DNA of 55,715 nucleotides, filler included, from Sphacelaria rigidula (Eukaryota): NCBI GenBank assembly GCA_964200075.2. It is 5 parts of 5 records of this genome, joined end to end, with 100 filler letters (N's around TTAATTAATTAA, not from the genome) between each part and the next. Parts side by side here need not be neighbours in the genome. Positions count along the whole stretch, not along the records: positions 11,165 to 22,227 come from CAXNAA020005451.1; positions 22,328 to 33,390 come from CAXNAA020005452.1; 3 more parts are not named here. One strand, 5' to 3'. Shown piece by piece: positions 12,879 to 22,892 of this stretch (position 1 is its first letter; each line of letters starts with the position of its first letter). The notes under the pieces were generated by a model. It saw only the letters and a program-made list of their open reading frames with translations, ran no database searches and was not told where the DNA came from. The position numbers and the translations under genes were made by a program.

Positions 12879-15800
12879 GAGGTTCGCGTGGGGTATCCAG
12901 CAAATGTCGCCCCCCCCCCTGAGTGCATGAGAGCTATTCTCCAGTAGTTGGTATCTGGCACTTGGTGACAGTGTGGTGTTGCGCATCATTTAGTTCCACG
13001 TTTTTGAACAAGAACAGCTGCTCGAGGTCTGAGCTCTTGGGATTGAGAACTGCTAGAAGTGTACTGGTGATCGTATCGTATCGAATATGATCTTGTTTTG
13101 TGAGGTGCGAAGAACTAGAGTATATGGTATCGATGCGAGTGTTACAGAGATTTCGTTGTTGTTTTTTTCCCCAAGGTATCAGAAGCTGTACGTTGTCTCC
13201 GGTGTTGCAGTGTAAACATCTTCTTCGTTTCAGTCGCGAACTTCTTGCTTCTAGTGTTGCGTTGGGTGTTGAGAACTCGTAGGTGTCCAAAAATGGAAAC
13301 TTTCATCCCGGAGGTGTGAAGGTTCAGGGGCACCAGAAATTCTACTCTAGGAGCACCCGTGCTCAAGCTTTTGTATGAGCACATGGCACCCCGTGTTGCC
13401 TCACGCCCGGGCTCTCCCCACTGCATCCTCGATCAGATACATGCTCGGCCGATGGGGACTGTGAAAGCCAATGCTGCGGTCTCTTCTCGGACGACCCGGT
13501 GTGCCAAGGTAAGCACTATAGGGTGAAGTTTCTCGAGTACGAATACTTTATATAGGTGGGGCTTGTAGGCGTGGGGGGAGTACTCATGAAATTGCATGCT
13601 GTGGTCATGTGACCATTGATGTTGCATCCCTACAAAGCCGAGACGAAGCACGCCGGGTTTTTGCCGGGCCAGGCTCGCGATAAATCACCAAGAGTGAAGC
13701 GCCGTCATGCGTTCGGCGAGTCGCATGAAGGGAGAGTTGCATCCTGCTAAGATTGTTTTCCCCGAACTGCAGTGATTATCTCGCATATGGATTGGAGTTG
13801 CTTCATTTTCTGGTATCGCCACTTCTTGAGGCAGCCATGGGCTCCACACTGCCTCATGGGCGTCTCATCATTTAAACATTACGTAGTATAGCCACCCCCT
13901 TTGCGCGGAATTGAGGTTCTCCCACTCCGCACGAAATGATCTGAGCTCGACCACTATCATGGTTACCGCATCGAAACGCAAGAGCAAAAAGAAAAGGTAA
14001 CCTGGCTGCCTAGCTCACGCAGTGGGTTGCGTGTTTTACAGCGTCGTCGCCAGCCGACGTCAACCCCATGGGGACGAGTGTTCATGCGAACTCGTTTGGT
14101 GCAATTTTGATGAACGTCTCAACAGAATGCCGGAAGGATGGGAAGTTTGTTCGCAGAGCACATACACAATACAACACAAAAAGAGCGAACCATGTCCTGT
14201 ACTTGTTCAAAACGTTCGAGTGGCTTCAACAACAGCCTGTCCGTCAAAAGAATGAACCCGCACCGAAATTACGGGCTGGAATTCTTACTCACAAGTACAC
14301 CTATATTCTTGAAGTGTGTACTTGTGAGTTCTGTGTGACGTTCAGGAGGTGCCGCAGGCCGATATTCGTATGTCCTCCTTTCCCGTTTTGCGAGGGGCCA
14401 GGACAGCAAGATTTGCAGCTACGATCGATGTCTGAATCCATATATCCCCCACACCACCTATGCTTGTCCTCTCTTGTAGAACCCGTTCCCCCTTTATCAT
14501 TATATTCATGGAGAGTGTGAAATATCCGTCGTACAGGGCATGGTAGTGTCAATGTGGTCACTCGATACTATCCCGCGTTGTCCGTTGATAGTAAGTATAT
14601 ACATATATATGTACATAGAGAAAGAGATGGTCACGATAATGGATAAAAGCTGATACGCGTGCCGTTGGATTAACATCGGAAACTTTAGAGTGGAATGTAA
14701 TCCCATGTTGAATAGTCTATCTGTGTTCGAATCGTGTTACAAATATTAAATGTTTCGGCGAAAAACAAATAAATGATACGCGATCGGAGTTGTTTTGTTT
14801 CGTGTGTGCGTGTACATCGACGCGTTCGTCTAACCCGCCGCGATTCCGCCTCCCTCTTGCCGACATGCCTCCTTGCCTGATCCCATGTGCGCTTTCCGTG
14901 TGTTTTATTGTGTCTGTGTGTGGGGGGGGGGTCATGCGTTACTCCACACAGAGGCTGGAAATATGCCGTACGGCGAAATATGCAAAACCCTCGATGGGTG
15001 TGACTGTGACGAGGGGCTGATCTGCTACACCAACGGTCGTGCAAATGGCGATGGTGCCTGCGCCGGTAAGAGCTTGCACTCGAGATTTGCAATGTCACCT
15101 TCGAATGCACATAGACCGTAAGAATATAGCACAAAACAGTTTACCATGTACAATTCGGAGGCGAAACAAAAGGAGAAAACAGCAGAAGGAAAGAGCGTGT
15201 CCATTCGCCCAAGCTTCTTGGCACTCTGTCTTTGGAACTCCACACGTCGAAGGAGTCAGGGTGTTTTTGGTCGTGAAAGCTTATTAACGGTCACTGGTTC
15301 GCTCGTTCGAATGCTTCGACTTAGCCGTGATGGCGACTTGAATTAGACTCGTCCTCGTTTACAGTGCCTGGGTTCATCGTGACGGTTTTTGGAAGTGGGT
15401 GGAGAAAAAAAAAGGCGATCAAGTTCACCGTTATCATCATATGGTGGCATGATCTTACACGAAAAGACGGAAGTAGTGCGCGATTTTCGAATTGCTTCAC
15501 CTCTTGGGGGTTTGATCGGCTGGTCGCCACACCCGCCGACCAGCGTTATATCAGCAGGACACAGATCAGGATGGCAGCTGTCACGGTTGGCACATCGATT
15601 GGATTTGTTTTGATGCAGAACCGTGTATCCGATTGTACAGTCCGTCTGGTTCACCTCTTCAATGACGGTGATGGTTGTCGGGAGATGGATAGCCAAAAGC
15701 ATTCGCCATCATTCTTGCTGCCTTTTTTTTTTCCGGCTGAGAAAGCAGCGAGCGCTACTGCACGTTCTCCCAGTTAGTTAGTTACCTTGGCTTCGCGTGA

Positions 15801-18800
15801 TATCGAAGAGAAATGATCGCTTTCATTTGTGTGGTGATCGATATCTACACGCCCTCGAATCGACTGAGCCCTCTCTCGCACACTGCCCTCCTCTTCTACG
15901 CATCTTCGTGTTTCGCGTGTGTACACAGAGTGCGACTTCGATGAAAGCTGCGAGAGCCAGTGCTGCTCTTCTTTCCCGGAAATCCCATATTGCCTGGGTA
16001 CGTGCGTCACCGTTGATCTTTCTCGGTCGGTGGAGGTTTTGGATACTGTACGGTACGCCTCGAGTTGTAGGTATGATACCTTCGACTGACTTTTAGGCGA
16101 AGCGTTTGCGGGCTGTGCCACTTCACGTTTCTTGCAGCTGAAAAGGGTGGGGGGAATGGATTAACGAGGCGTGTACAGTATCGAGCGCCTCGCCGTATTG
16201 CTCGTAGGCTGATGTGCAAACCCGACGAAAACAAGACTTGAACACTTATTCCTGCTCTTGAATACGTGTGTTCACTGCCCCCCGGTTTACGTTGGCGCGC
16301 CAAAAATACTCATGCAGATTTTGGTGCGAAGGCCTTTGGTGAGGCGTGCCTGACCGTCGATGGATGCGACTGCGAGAGTGGTCACTGTGCTGAAAACCAA
16401 GACACCCTGCTGACCGGGGTCTGTGCAGGTAAATCGTCGAGGATCAGAACTCGGTGCCACCGTTATTTCGTGGAACAAAATGAGTGAGCTGCTCAATCAA
16501 AGAGTTTAGTACGGTGGCACTGGTGCAGGTGGCACGTATGCGATGGACACGAAGTAGTTGCGCTTGTTCACCGCCACGACTGTGGACACGAGAGACTAAC
16601 GAAGAGGTTGCGCTTCCGAAACTCATTTCTCCGCACGTTGTATTGCAATGCGCCTCGTCATACCCGATGAAGCGCGGCCAAAATATGGGCTGTATCCTGC
16701 CCCAATCTTCTTTTGATTGCGCGTATGTTTCCGCTCTGCGCCTGCCCGTTGCCGTGACTACCCATGCGTGGAAAAGAGTGCTCGTCCGACAGCGATTGTA
16801 CGGACGGTCAGTGCTGCGGGACCCGCCTGTTCCCCGATGAGTGCCAAGGTACGATTATAAGCACAGATCCATAATCATCACGGTAGATTTTGCGCCAGCT
16901 CGTAGCCTCAACCACTGCACCAAGGTTCAGAGTGAATTCCGCGGAGTTCAGTATGTCAGGAGGAGGTCGAGGGTCATAGCATGACGTGAACGGACCTCAC
17001 GCACCAGTGTCGCGTTTTCTGCCTATTTTGGACCGTTTCCCGCCCTACCGTTGCGCGGTTTATCGAGGGGGGGGAGGAGGGCGGGCGTGGTTATGCTCGT
17101 GGGTTGGCCGTGCTCGATTCCGCCGGGGGATAATGACCTGTAGCCAGGAAAGGCAACGATAAACTCTGAATCTGAGGCGGCGAACTTGTGCGAAGTTACC
17201 TTCAAAATCATGGCTCGGATTCACGGTTGATCTCTCTGCTAGCGGCAGTACATGTCGCACGAGTGCCGTATACTAGTGGATGTTTGCAAATTCAAAGCGT
17301 CAGGAATCACCGGCATACGCTTCCGCAGCATCAACGGCCCTATCGGCTTGGCCTGAACGGTTGCTCTCGAAAAGCAACAGCTTGTCCGCATACACGGGGG
17401 AAGTAGTATTGCAATCTTCAGCAGGTAGCTACATCCTGTACTTCTATACCTTTTGAAAAAAAAAAAAAAAAACTAGAGTGCACTTCCGTTGTCGGTGTTG
17501 CTGCTTCGTGTTCCCCTGGGTTTCTCACGTTTGTGATATGCTGCCCGTGTTGGTGTTGGTGTTGTGTCGTGTCATTGTTGGCAGCTCCCGGGGCGAAAGC
17601 AGACGGCGAGACCTGCTACAGCCACAGCGGATGCGATTGCCAATCAGGGGTTTGTGCGTCGGTAGACAGCGGAAGCGACGACTACTTCGGCCCCGCTGTC
17701 TGCGTAGGTGAGCGCCCGTTGAATAAGACCACATGGAGGAAAACAGTGCAGTTTTACACTTGCCACACCACACCATCAGGGTCCGTGAGGGGTGGAGCTT
17801 ACGGGTTGGGACCGGGCTATGACCTGGGATATTTCATCGGCGTGCGATACACCAGAGAGGGCGTGTCTGCCGTTTGCTGGGCTTGTTCATTTCAACCGCG
17901 CGTACCTCATCCACAGTATTCGCTTCGTTTGATTGCTGTTGGCCGTATTTCAAATTAACTCGGCCAGCTATAGTGCTTACGTCGATGGCTATAGCTTATG
18001 TAGGAGCGCAGCGCTGTATCTTGTTGATCCACGAGTGTATCAAGAAGCTTTTTCACGATTGCTGGACATGCGAGTCGTGCAGATTTGTTTGTGGGTTAAT
18101 TTATTTAAAGAACGCCGAGCTTTGCCGGTTTATGCTTTCGTTTTGCTCCAGTCTTACTTGTACTTATGTCGCCGCGCTCAAATATGTTGACCCTTCCCCC
18201 CATCCACACACGTTCGCCAGGCTCGACACCTACCCCGGTACCGGACGCCGAGCCCACCCCTGATCCTACCGCTGACTACCCAGGTATTTACCATACTGCG
18301 ATAGCCTCCCCAAGATACGTGGGCGTCGCCCGTATTATATATGCGCCTCACGTTATCTGAAACCAGCTGTCATGCGCTGTATGTAAATTTTCTTGGCCAT
18401 CTTCTTCGTGATCGGACGAAGGAAGGTTGTGACTGTTTTTGCACAGGAGCAACATGGGGCTTCACGTGGTGTAGCTACTGCTGGGAATGCCCTCTCTGTT
18501 TGTCTCTCTCCACATGTTTTCGGGCGTGTTGTTGGCATCTATTTATCTTCAAATAGTGCGAGTGTTTGCTGTGCTATACGTGCGTTATATAGCTTGGTAC
18601 CTTCTCGAGCTTGATCGTAACGCGTCGCCGATTCGAAAATTTATGTCAGTTTGACCCATTTGTACGCATTTCGGCCACTTTAACGCAAATATTTACCCTG
18701 TCCAGCGTCCCGAGCCGATTTTCCATCTGACCCCCCCCTCCCCCCCTCCCACTCCTGCCTCCTTACCCTATAACTTGGTTGGGATGTACACAGACTGTTC

Positions 18801-21655
18801 ATCAGATGACACGTGTGATTCTGGATGCTGCGCGTCGATCCCTGGCAACCAAGGATGCCTGAGTGAGTATCTTGTTCAGGCTGAGTAAGCGTATCCTACA
18901 AAACGGGGATACCTGCCAGTGCGTCATTTCTGCAACCGGATGAATGCCGATATTCGCTTCCGATGCCATGATGCAGACCACCCGTCATCATACTGGCAGC
19001 TAAATCCCGCTGGTCATGTGTGTCCCTTCCCTTATGGCCACAATTTCTGCGTTGACAGCAGTCGTCATTACTATGTGGTACAGGAGCAAGCGATAGTGGT
19101 AGTTGTAGTAGTAATGTTGTCGCTACATGAAGGTTTGGGGCAATTGATGTTCACGAACGTGCCAAGGTATACCTCAGGGCGCAACGCGTGTAGCATTTCA
19201 CGGTAGCATGCATGCCTTCTCGCGTACAACCATCACATTCTTGCAGTTTCCAGTCTTACTAGTCTTGACTGTATGGAAAGAAAGGTGGGGAACTAGTTTG
19301 TATATGTTGAGTTTTGTTTTGTACGCTTGCACTCAAACGCGCCCCCTTGCGCGTTCCTCGAAATCGCGCCGTGCTCACAGGTAACGTCGGTTCCCAGCCG
19401 CTGGGCGGACAGTGCTTTTCTCTTTCCGGGTGTGACTGTGCCCAAGGCACCTGCGTGCGTGAGGAAGGCACCGCCTACGGCTGGTGCACCGAACTTGGTG
19501 AGTAGCCATGTCTACATCGCATATATGTTTGGCTTTTTCCCGATAGCTCGCAGCCTCGGATGATGGCATGGGTGAAAAGCAACAAAAGCAAGCCAGAAGA
19601 CCGCCAAACGGCAAATCGCTACATTCCGCCGTATTGTCGGCTACGACACGACCCCGTACGTTACTACAATTGTACCTCATCGAGACACGACATTTGCTCA
19701 CAAAAAAACAGGCTAATCTTTAATGGGCGGAGAGTTCCGCTGCGCCAGTTGTGGATGTTCGCTGTATAACGCGGTACACCATCGGTTGTCTACCACCCCC
19801 GCCTACCCCAGCAACTTTGTTTTACGTGAAATACCACAAGAGCGCACCTTGAAACGTTTCACGTCCAGCCCGTGCAGCAATTTCAAGCCATATAACTAAC
19901 TTTGCAGACTGGGAAATGGCGTTTTGTGAAGCAGTGTATTTATTATTAATTATTTTTTTGTTACGACTTAGTCTGCTATGTCGTTCTGTTCGACCTTTTT
20001 TTTTATTCTGTTCCTCATCTTCTTCAGAGCGTGTTTCAGTTTCGGTTTTCCTGGGTACGTCTATCATGAGACCACGGCTGGACCCCTGGGGGGTCAGTTA
20101 AAGTGCGACAATCAATCAATCAATCAATCAATCAACCAACCAACACAAGTATTGATTTCGCCATGTCGCATATCCCTGAACGCTCAAGAGACATACTCTA
20201 ACCCCCAAGAGATACATCCTGTACTGTATGTCTTGCGATGCGTATCGTACGTGCCACTACGTTCCCAATCAGATGATCTCGTCGATTCCAGCGTACGCAC
20301 CACCGTCACCATTTCCGACGACAGCCCATACGACGAGCGAACCTCTGGTTCGGGCTGCAGCCCCAATGGATGTACCCCAGAGAACACGCGCGACGGCGAC
20401 ACAAGCGAAGAATCGCGCTGGTCTTGCAAGTACGCCCTCGAAGACACCACGTGTAAGGTCACCTACTACTTTGAAGAGCCGCAAGACATTGTCGAGCTCA
20501 AGGTCGCCTTCTACAAGGGAGACCAGCGTAGCCGGTCCTTGAAGATCAAACTGAACGGCGATACATTCGAAACCATCACTTCGAGCGGGGAAACGACGGA
20601 CCTGGAGACCTGGACACTGAACAGCGACGAGACTGCCTCCTTGACCCTCGAGGCGTCTGGTTTGGGCGACAGCGAGTGGCTCAGCATCACCGAGGTACTG
20701 CTTCCGAGATAAGCGAGAGTGCTGACGTAGCGTAGCGCTTGTGGCAGTGAAGTCCGAATGCTCTGTCGTTCATGCGGCGTTGGAGATCGGGTTACTGTAC
20801 CAAGATATTTTTGTGCGGTACCGTGCGCGACGGCACTCGAGGAAAAGCCAGTAGTTTGATGAGACCCCCATTTGAATGCGTCACAAATTAAGAGATGCTT
20901 GCTGCAGAGTCGAAATTGCAACGTTTTCCAAACAAACATGATCATCAATGCGCACCTGAACAATCAAGATCATCCACAAGTGGGAAGTGGGCCACGTACT
21001 ATGTTTTCATGGGCAGGTCGGGTAGGGTACGCCCGATATTTTGGGACTTTGAAAAGCGGAGGTCCGATTGTTGCCCACAGCAGCAGCCGACCCAGTGTTG
21101 TTGTTCCCCTTACAAGTCATTGTGACTGCCTTGGGCAGACGATGTGGGGCTTTTAAAAAAACCAAAATATTGGGTATAACCTACCCAACAAGCTCTTGTA
21201 CATTTTGAAGGGATCGAGGAATGCGGCCTCTAGAATAGAAGACAACTCTCATAATGGTGAACTGGTGGTTCCGAATCAACGAGGTCAATATCGCAGACCC
21301 GTGTTTGTTTTTCGCAGGGTATAGAAGGATGTTTCAGGCGATATTGGGGTCTGTGAGGTTCAGACTGAAGGGTGTGCAGCTAGAGTGCAGCTCATGCGAA
21401 ATATGGTGATCACAGCGGCGCGAACTGAGAATGGCTGCAGTATGCCACAATGATACAGACATCGCCTGTGAATATCAAGTGCCGTGCCACTTACAATCAA
21501 ATGCCGTGATATTTGTGAAAGTGAGGAGCTTCTCGGTTCAGCTCAGTACATTGTGGTAGTTTCGGCATACGTTTTCATGACAAGTTCGCCCGGCCTCACA
21601 CGATCCCCTCTGCCCACGTTCCAAAAACTAACAGGTGAGGTTCATGGTGCTATAG
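12294..21655 (+). CDS. Secreted 440-aa protein: signal peptide, 4x 10-Cys colipase/prokineticin-like modules, Pro/Thr linker, C-terminal beta-sandwich domain (12 exons)
   Basis: Exons: 12294-12363, 13437-13508, 14952-15065, 15929-15997, 16318-16428, 16777-16848, 17585-17707, 18221-18283, 18794-18862, 19381-19497, 20273-20694, 21635-21655. All introns are GT-AG. The exons total 1323 nt with an open frame from ATG to TAG. Gene structure is well supported; fold names are inference. Confidence 0.88.
12756..12765. other. 10-N scaffold gap flanked by low-quality G/A-rich sequence, inside intron 1
   Basis: N run with adjacent poly-G tracts. Confidence 0.9.
13437..13508 (+). CDS. Exon 2, module 1A: DTCSADGDCESQCCGLFSDDPVCQ
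   Basis: gatcag|AT...CAAG|gtaagc, 72 nt, phase 1-1. Confidence 0.9.
13575..14030 (-). mobile_element. Family B retroposon-like repeat, intronic
   Basis: Reverse complement matches about 10500-10985 (gcggtaaccatgat.gtggtcgagctca; aacaatcttagcaggatgca). Confidence 0.75.
14952..15065 (+). CDS. Exon 3, module 1B: EAGNMPYGEICKTLDGCDCDEGLICYTNGRANGDGACA
   Basis: acacag|AG...GCCG|gtaaga, 114 nt, phase 1-1. Confidence 0.9.
15929..15997 (+). CDS. Exon 4, module 2A: ECDFDESCESQCCSSFPEIPYCL
   Basis: acacag|AG...CTGG|gtacgt, 69 nt, phase 1-1. Confidence 0.9.
16318..16428 (+). CDS. Exon 5, module 2B: DFGAKAFGEACLTVDGCDCESGHCAENQDTLLTGVCA
   Basis: atgcag|AT...GCAG|gtaaat, 111 nt, phase 1-1. Confidence 0.9.
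16777..16848 (+). CDS. Exon 6, module 3A: ECSSDSDCTDGQCCGTRLFPDECQ
   Basis: gaaaag|AG...CAAG|gtacga, 72 nt, phase 1-1. The acceptor has a weak pyrimidine tract. Confidence 0.85.
17585..17707 (+). CDS. Exon 7, module 3B: APGAKADGETCYSHSGCDCQSGVCASVDSGSDDYFGPAVCV
   Basis: tggcag|CT...GTAG|gtgagc, 123 nt, phase 1-1. Confidence 0.9.
18221..18283 (+). CDS. Exon 8, Pro/Thr linker: GSTPTPVPDAEPTPDPTADYP
   Basis: cgccag|GC...CCAG|gtattt, 63 nt, phase 1-1. Confidence 0.8.
18794..18862 (+). CDS. Exon 9, module 4A: DCSSDDTCDSGCCASIPGNQGCL
   Basis: acacag|AC...CTGA|gtgagt, 69 nt, phase 1-1. Confidence 0.9.
   Translation, partial: TVHQMTRVILDAARRSLATKDA
19381..19497 (+). CDS. Exon 10, module 4B: SNVGSQPLGGQCFSLSGCDCAQGTCVREEGTAYGWCTEL
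   Basis: tcacag|GT...CTTG|gtgagt, 117 nt, phase 1-1. Confidence 0.9.
20273..20694 (+). CDS. Exon 11, acidic beta-sandwich domain (F5/8C/CBM32-like; brown algal/phaeovirus type)
   Basis: aatcag|AT...GAG|gtactg. Motifs GCxPxNTRDGD...SRWSC...C.V.Y.FEEPQDI..L.VAFYKGDQR.R...EWLSITE. Confidence 0.85.
21635..21655 (+). CDS. Exon 12, terminal VRFMVL*
   Basis: taacag|GTGAGGTTCATGGTGCTATAG, phase 0; completes the final strand EWLSITE|VRFMVL. Confidence 0.75.
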   Translation: MRFMVL

Positions 21656-22018
21656 GCGCCTTCCTTGAGACGAATAGCATCGGCAGCCATCCATCCGCTG
21701 CGCACTACGAGGAGATAAGGGCCTTGCGCTTCTGTGAGAAGACTAAAAGTGAACGAGGGTGTCTTCCCTGCCCCTCTGCGTGCTCTACGCCCCGGGCTGT
21801 TGCTGTTCTTGGATCACTACAGAGGGAAATTTCCGAAAACACACACATGCACTGTACATCTTGAAAGTGGCATATTGTGGTGAGTAGGTTTGGTTGACGA
21901 CCGAGCATTCACCGTGGAAAAATATCTCAGGCTCAAGAGGGTGTGTGAGACGCCGCAATGTAGACCGGAAATCGAGTCTTGCTCTCATATGTGAGAGCGG
22001 TATGGTGACGAGAGGGGG

Positions 22019-22110
22019 AGATGAGTGAGGGGGGGCGTACCCGTTTGTTGCTCGCCTTGGTCGTTTGATCATTGACCACGTATCCCTTTCGAGACGGAGC
22101 AAGATGAGTG
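22019..22110 (-). mobile_element. ~65-bp LINE 3'-tail insertion flanked by duplicated AGATGAGTG
   Basis: Minus strand tgctccgtctcgaaagggatacgtggtcaatgatcaaacgaccaaggc matches the LINE end at 35410-35471. Direct repeat at 22019-22027 and 22102-22110. Confidence 0.75.
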
Positions 22111-22114
22111 GGAG

Positions 22115-22227
22115 CGGGGGAGGGTGTACTCATGATCATGCATACTAAAGTCATAAGACCATTGACCTCGCATCCCTACAAAGTCGGGACGGAGCACGCC
22201 GGGTTTTCGCCGGACCAGGCTCGCACT
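22115..22227 (-). repeat. Family B 3' unit at contig end
   Basis: Reverse complement of the unit seen at 22328-22520 and 10868-11064. Confidence 0.8.
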
Positions 22228-22327
22228 NNNNNNNNNNNNNNNNNNNNNNNNNNNNNNNNNNNNNNNNNNNNTTAATTAATTAANNNNNNNNNNNNNNNNN
22301 NNNNNNNNNNNNNNNNNNNNNNNNNNN
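22228..22327. other. Artificial 100-bp assembly linker
   Basis: N44-TTAATTAATTAA-N44. Confidence 0.98.
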
Positions 22328-22520
22328 CCGGCTTTGTAGGGATGCGAGGTCAATGGTCCTCTGACTATGGCATGCATGAAGATGAGTACACCCCCCCTCG
22401 CGCTTGGTGGTTTGAGTGCAAGCCTGGTTCGGCGAGAACCCGGCGTGCTCCGTCCCGGCTTTGTAGGGATGCGAGGTCAATGGTCCTATGACTATGGCAT
22501 ACATGATCATGAGTACACCC
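22328..22520 (+). repeat. Tandem family B 3' units, 127-bp period
   Basis: ccggctttgtagggatgcgaggtcaatggtcct occurs at 22328 and 22455. Confidence 0.85.
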
Positions 22521-22612
22521 GGTACACGCCTTGCATTTAGGTTTCGCGGATTGGGTCAGTACTCCCGCACCGCGTCACGTACGTCAATCAAACTCAGTCG
22601 ACTACTTTGTTG
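22520..22612 (-). mobile_element. Fragment of the tRNA-derived SINE body
   Basis: gggtcag.actcccgcaccgcgtca...cagtcgactactttgtt is shared with 38561-38620. Confidence 0.7.
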
Positions 22613-22892
22613 TTGTTGTCTTGAAACTTTTCCTTGACGCTCCTTTCCTCCACACATGACGGCACAAGACCGCTTCAGATCTTCCACGGGAACTGGTTCT
22701 AACGGGGTTAACGTCAAAATAAAATGTGTCACCTTTCAGTTGAGAAGGACTTGCTGGGATGCGGTTGAATCACGAAGTGGAAATATAACTACAGTCATAC
22801 TTGCCATCATAACACTAATTCACAGGTCAAGCGGAGTGCATGGTAGCTTGCACGGCTATATAACCTTGGTTAGATATGTTCCCGTTTGGTAG

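Noticed and set aside
12610-12990. ORFs with poly-Gly or poly-Pro around the 10-N gap
   Set aside because: Low-quality homopolymer sequence next to a gap.
10500-14030. Large inverted repeat (10500-10985 versus 13575-14030) as the TIRs of one element
   Set aside because: The two copies lie on different contigs separated by a linker; they are dispersed copies of one repeat family.
22115-22520. Apparent palindrome of family B units around the gap
   Set aside because: The arrangement comes from joining two unrelated contig ends.
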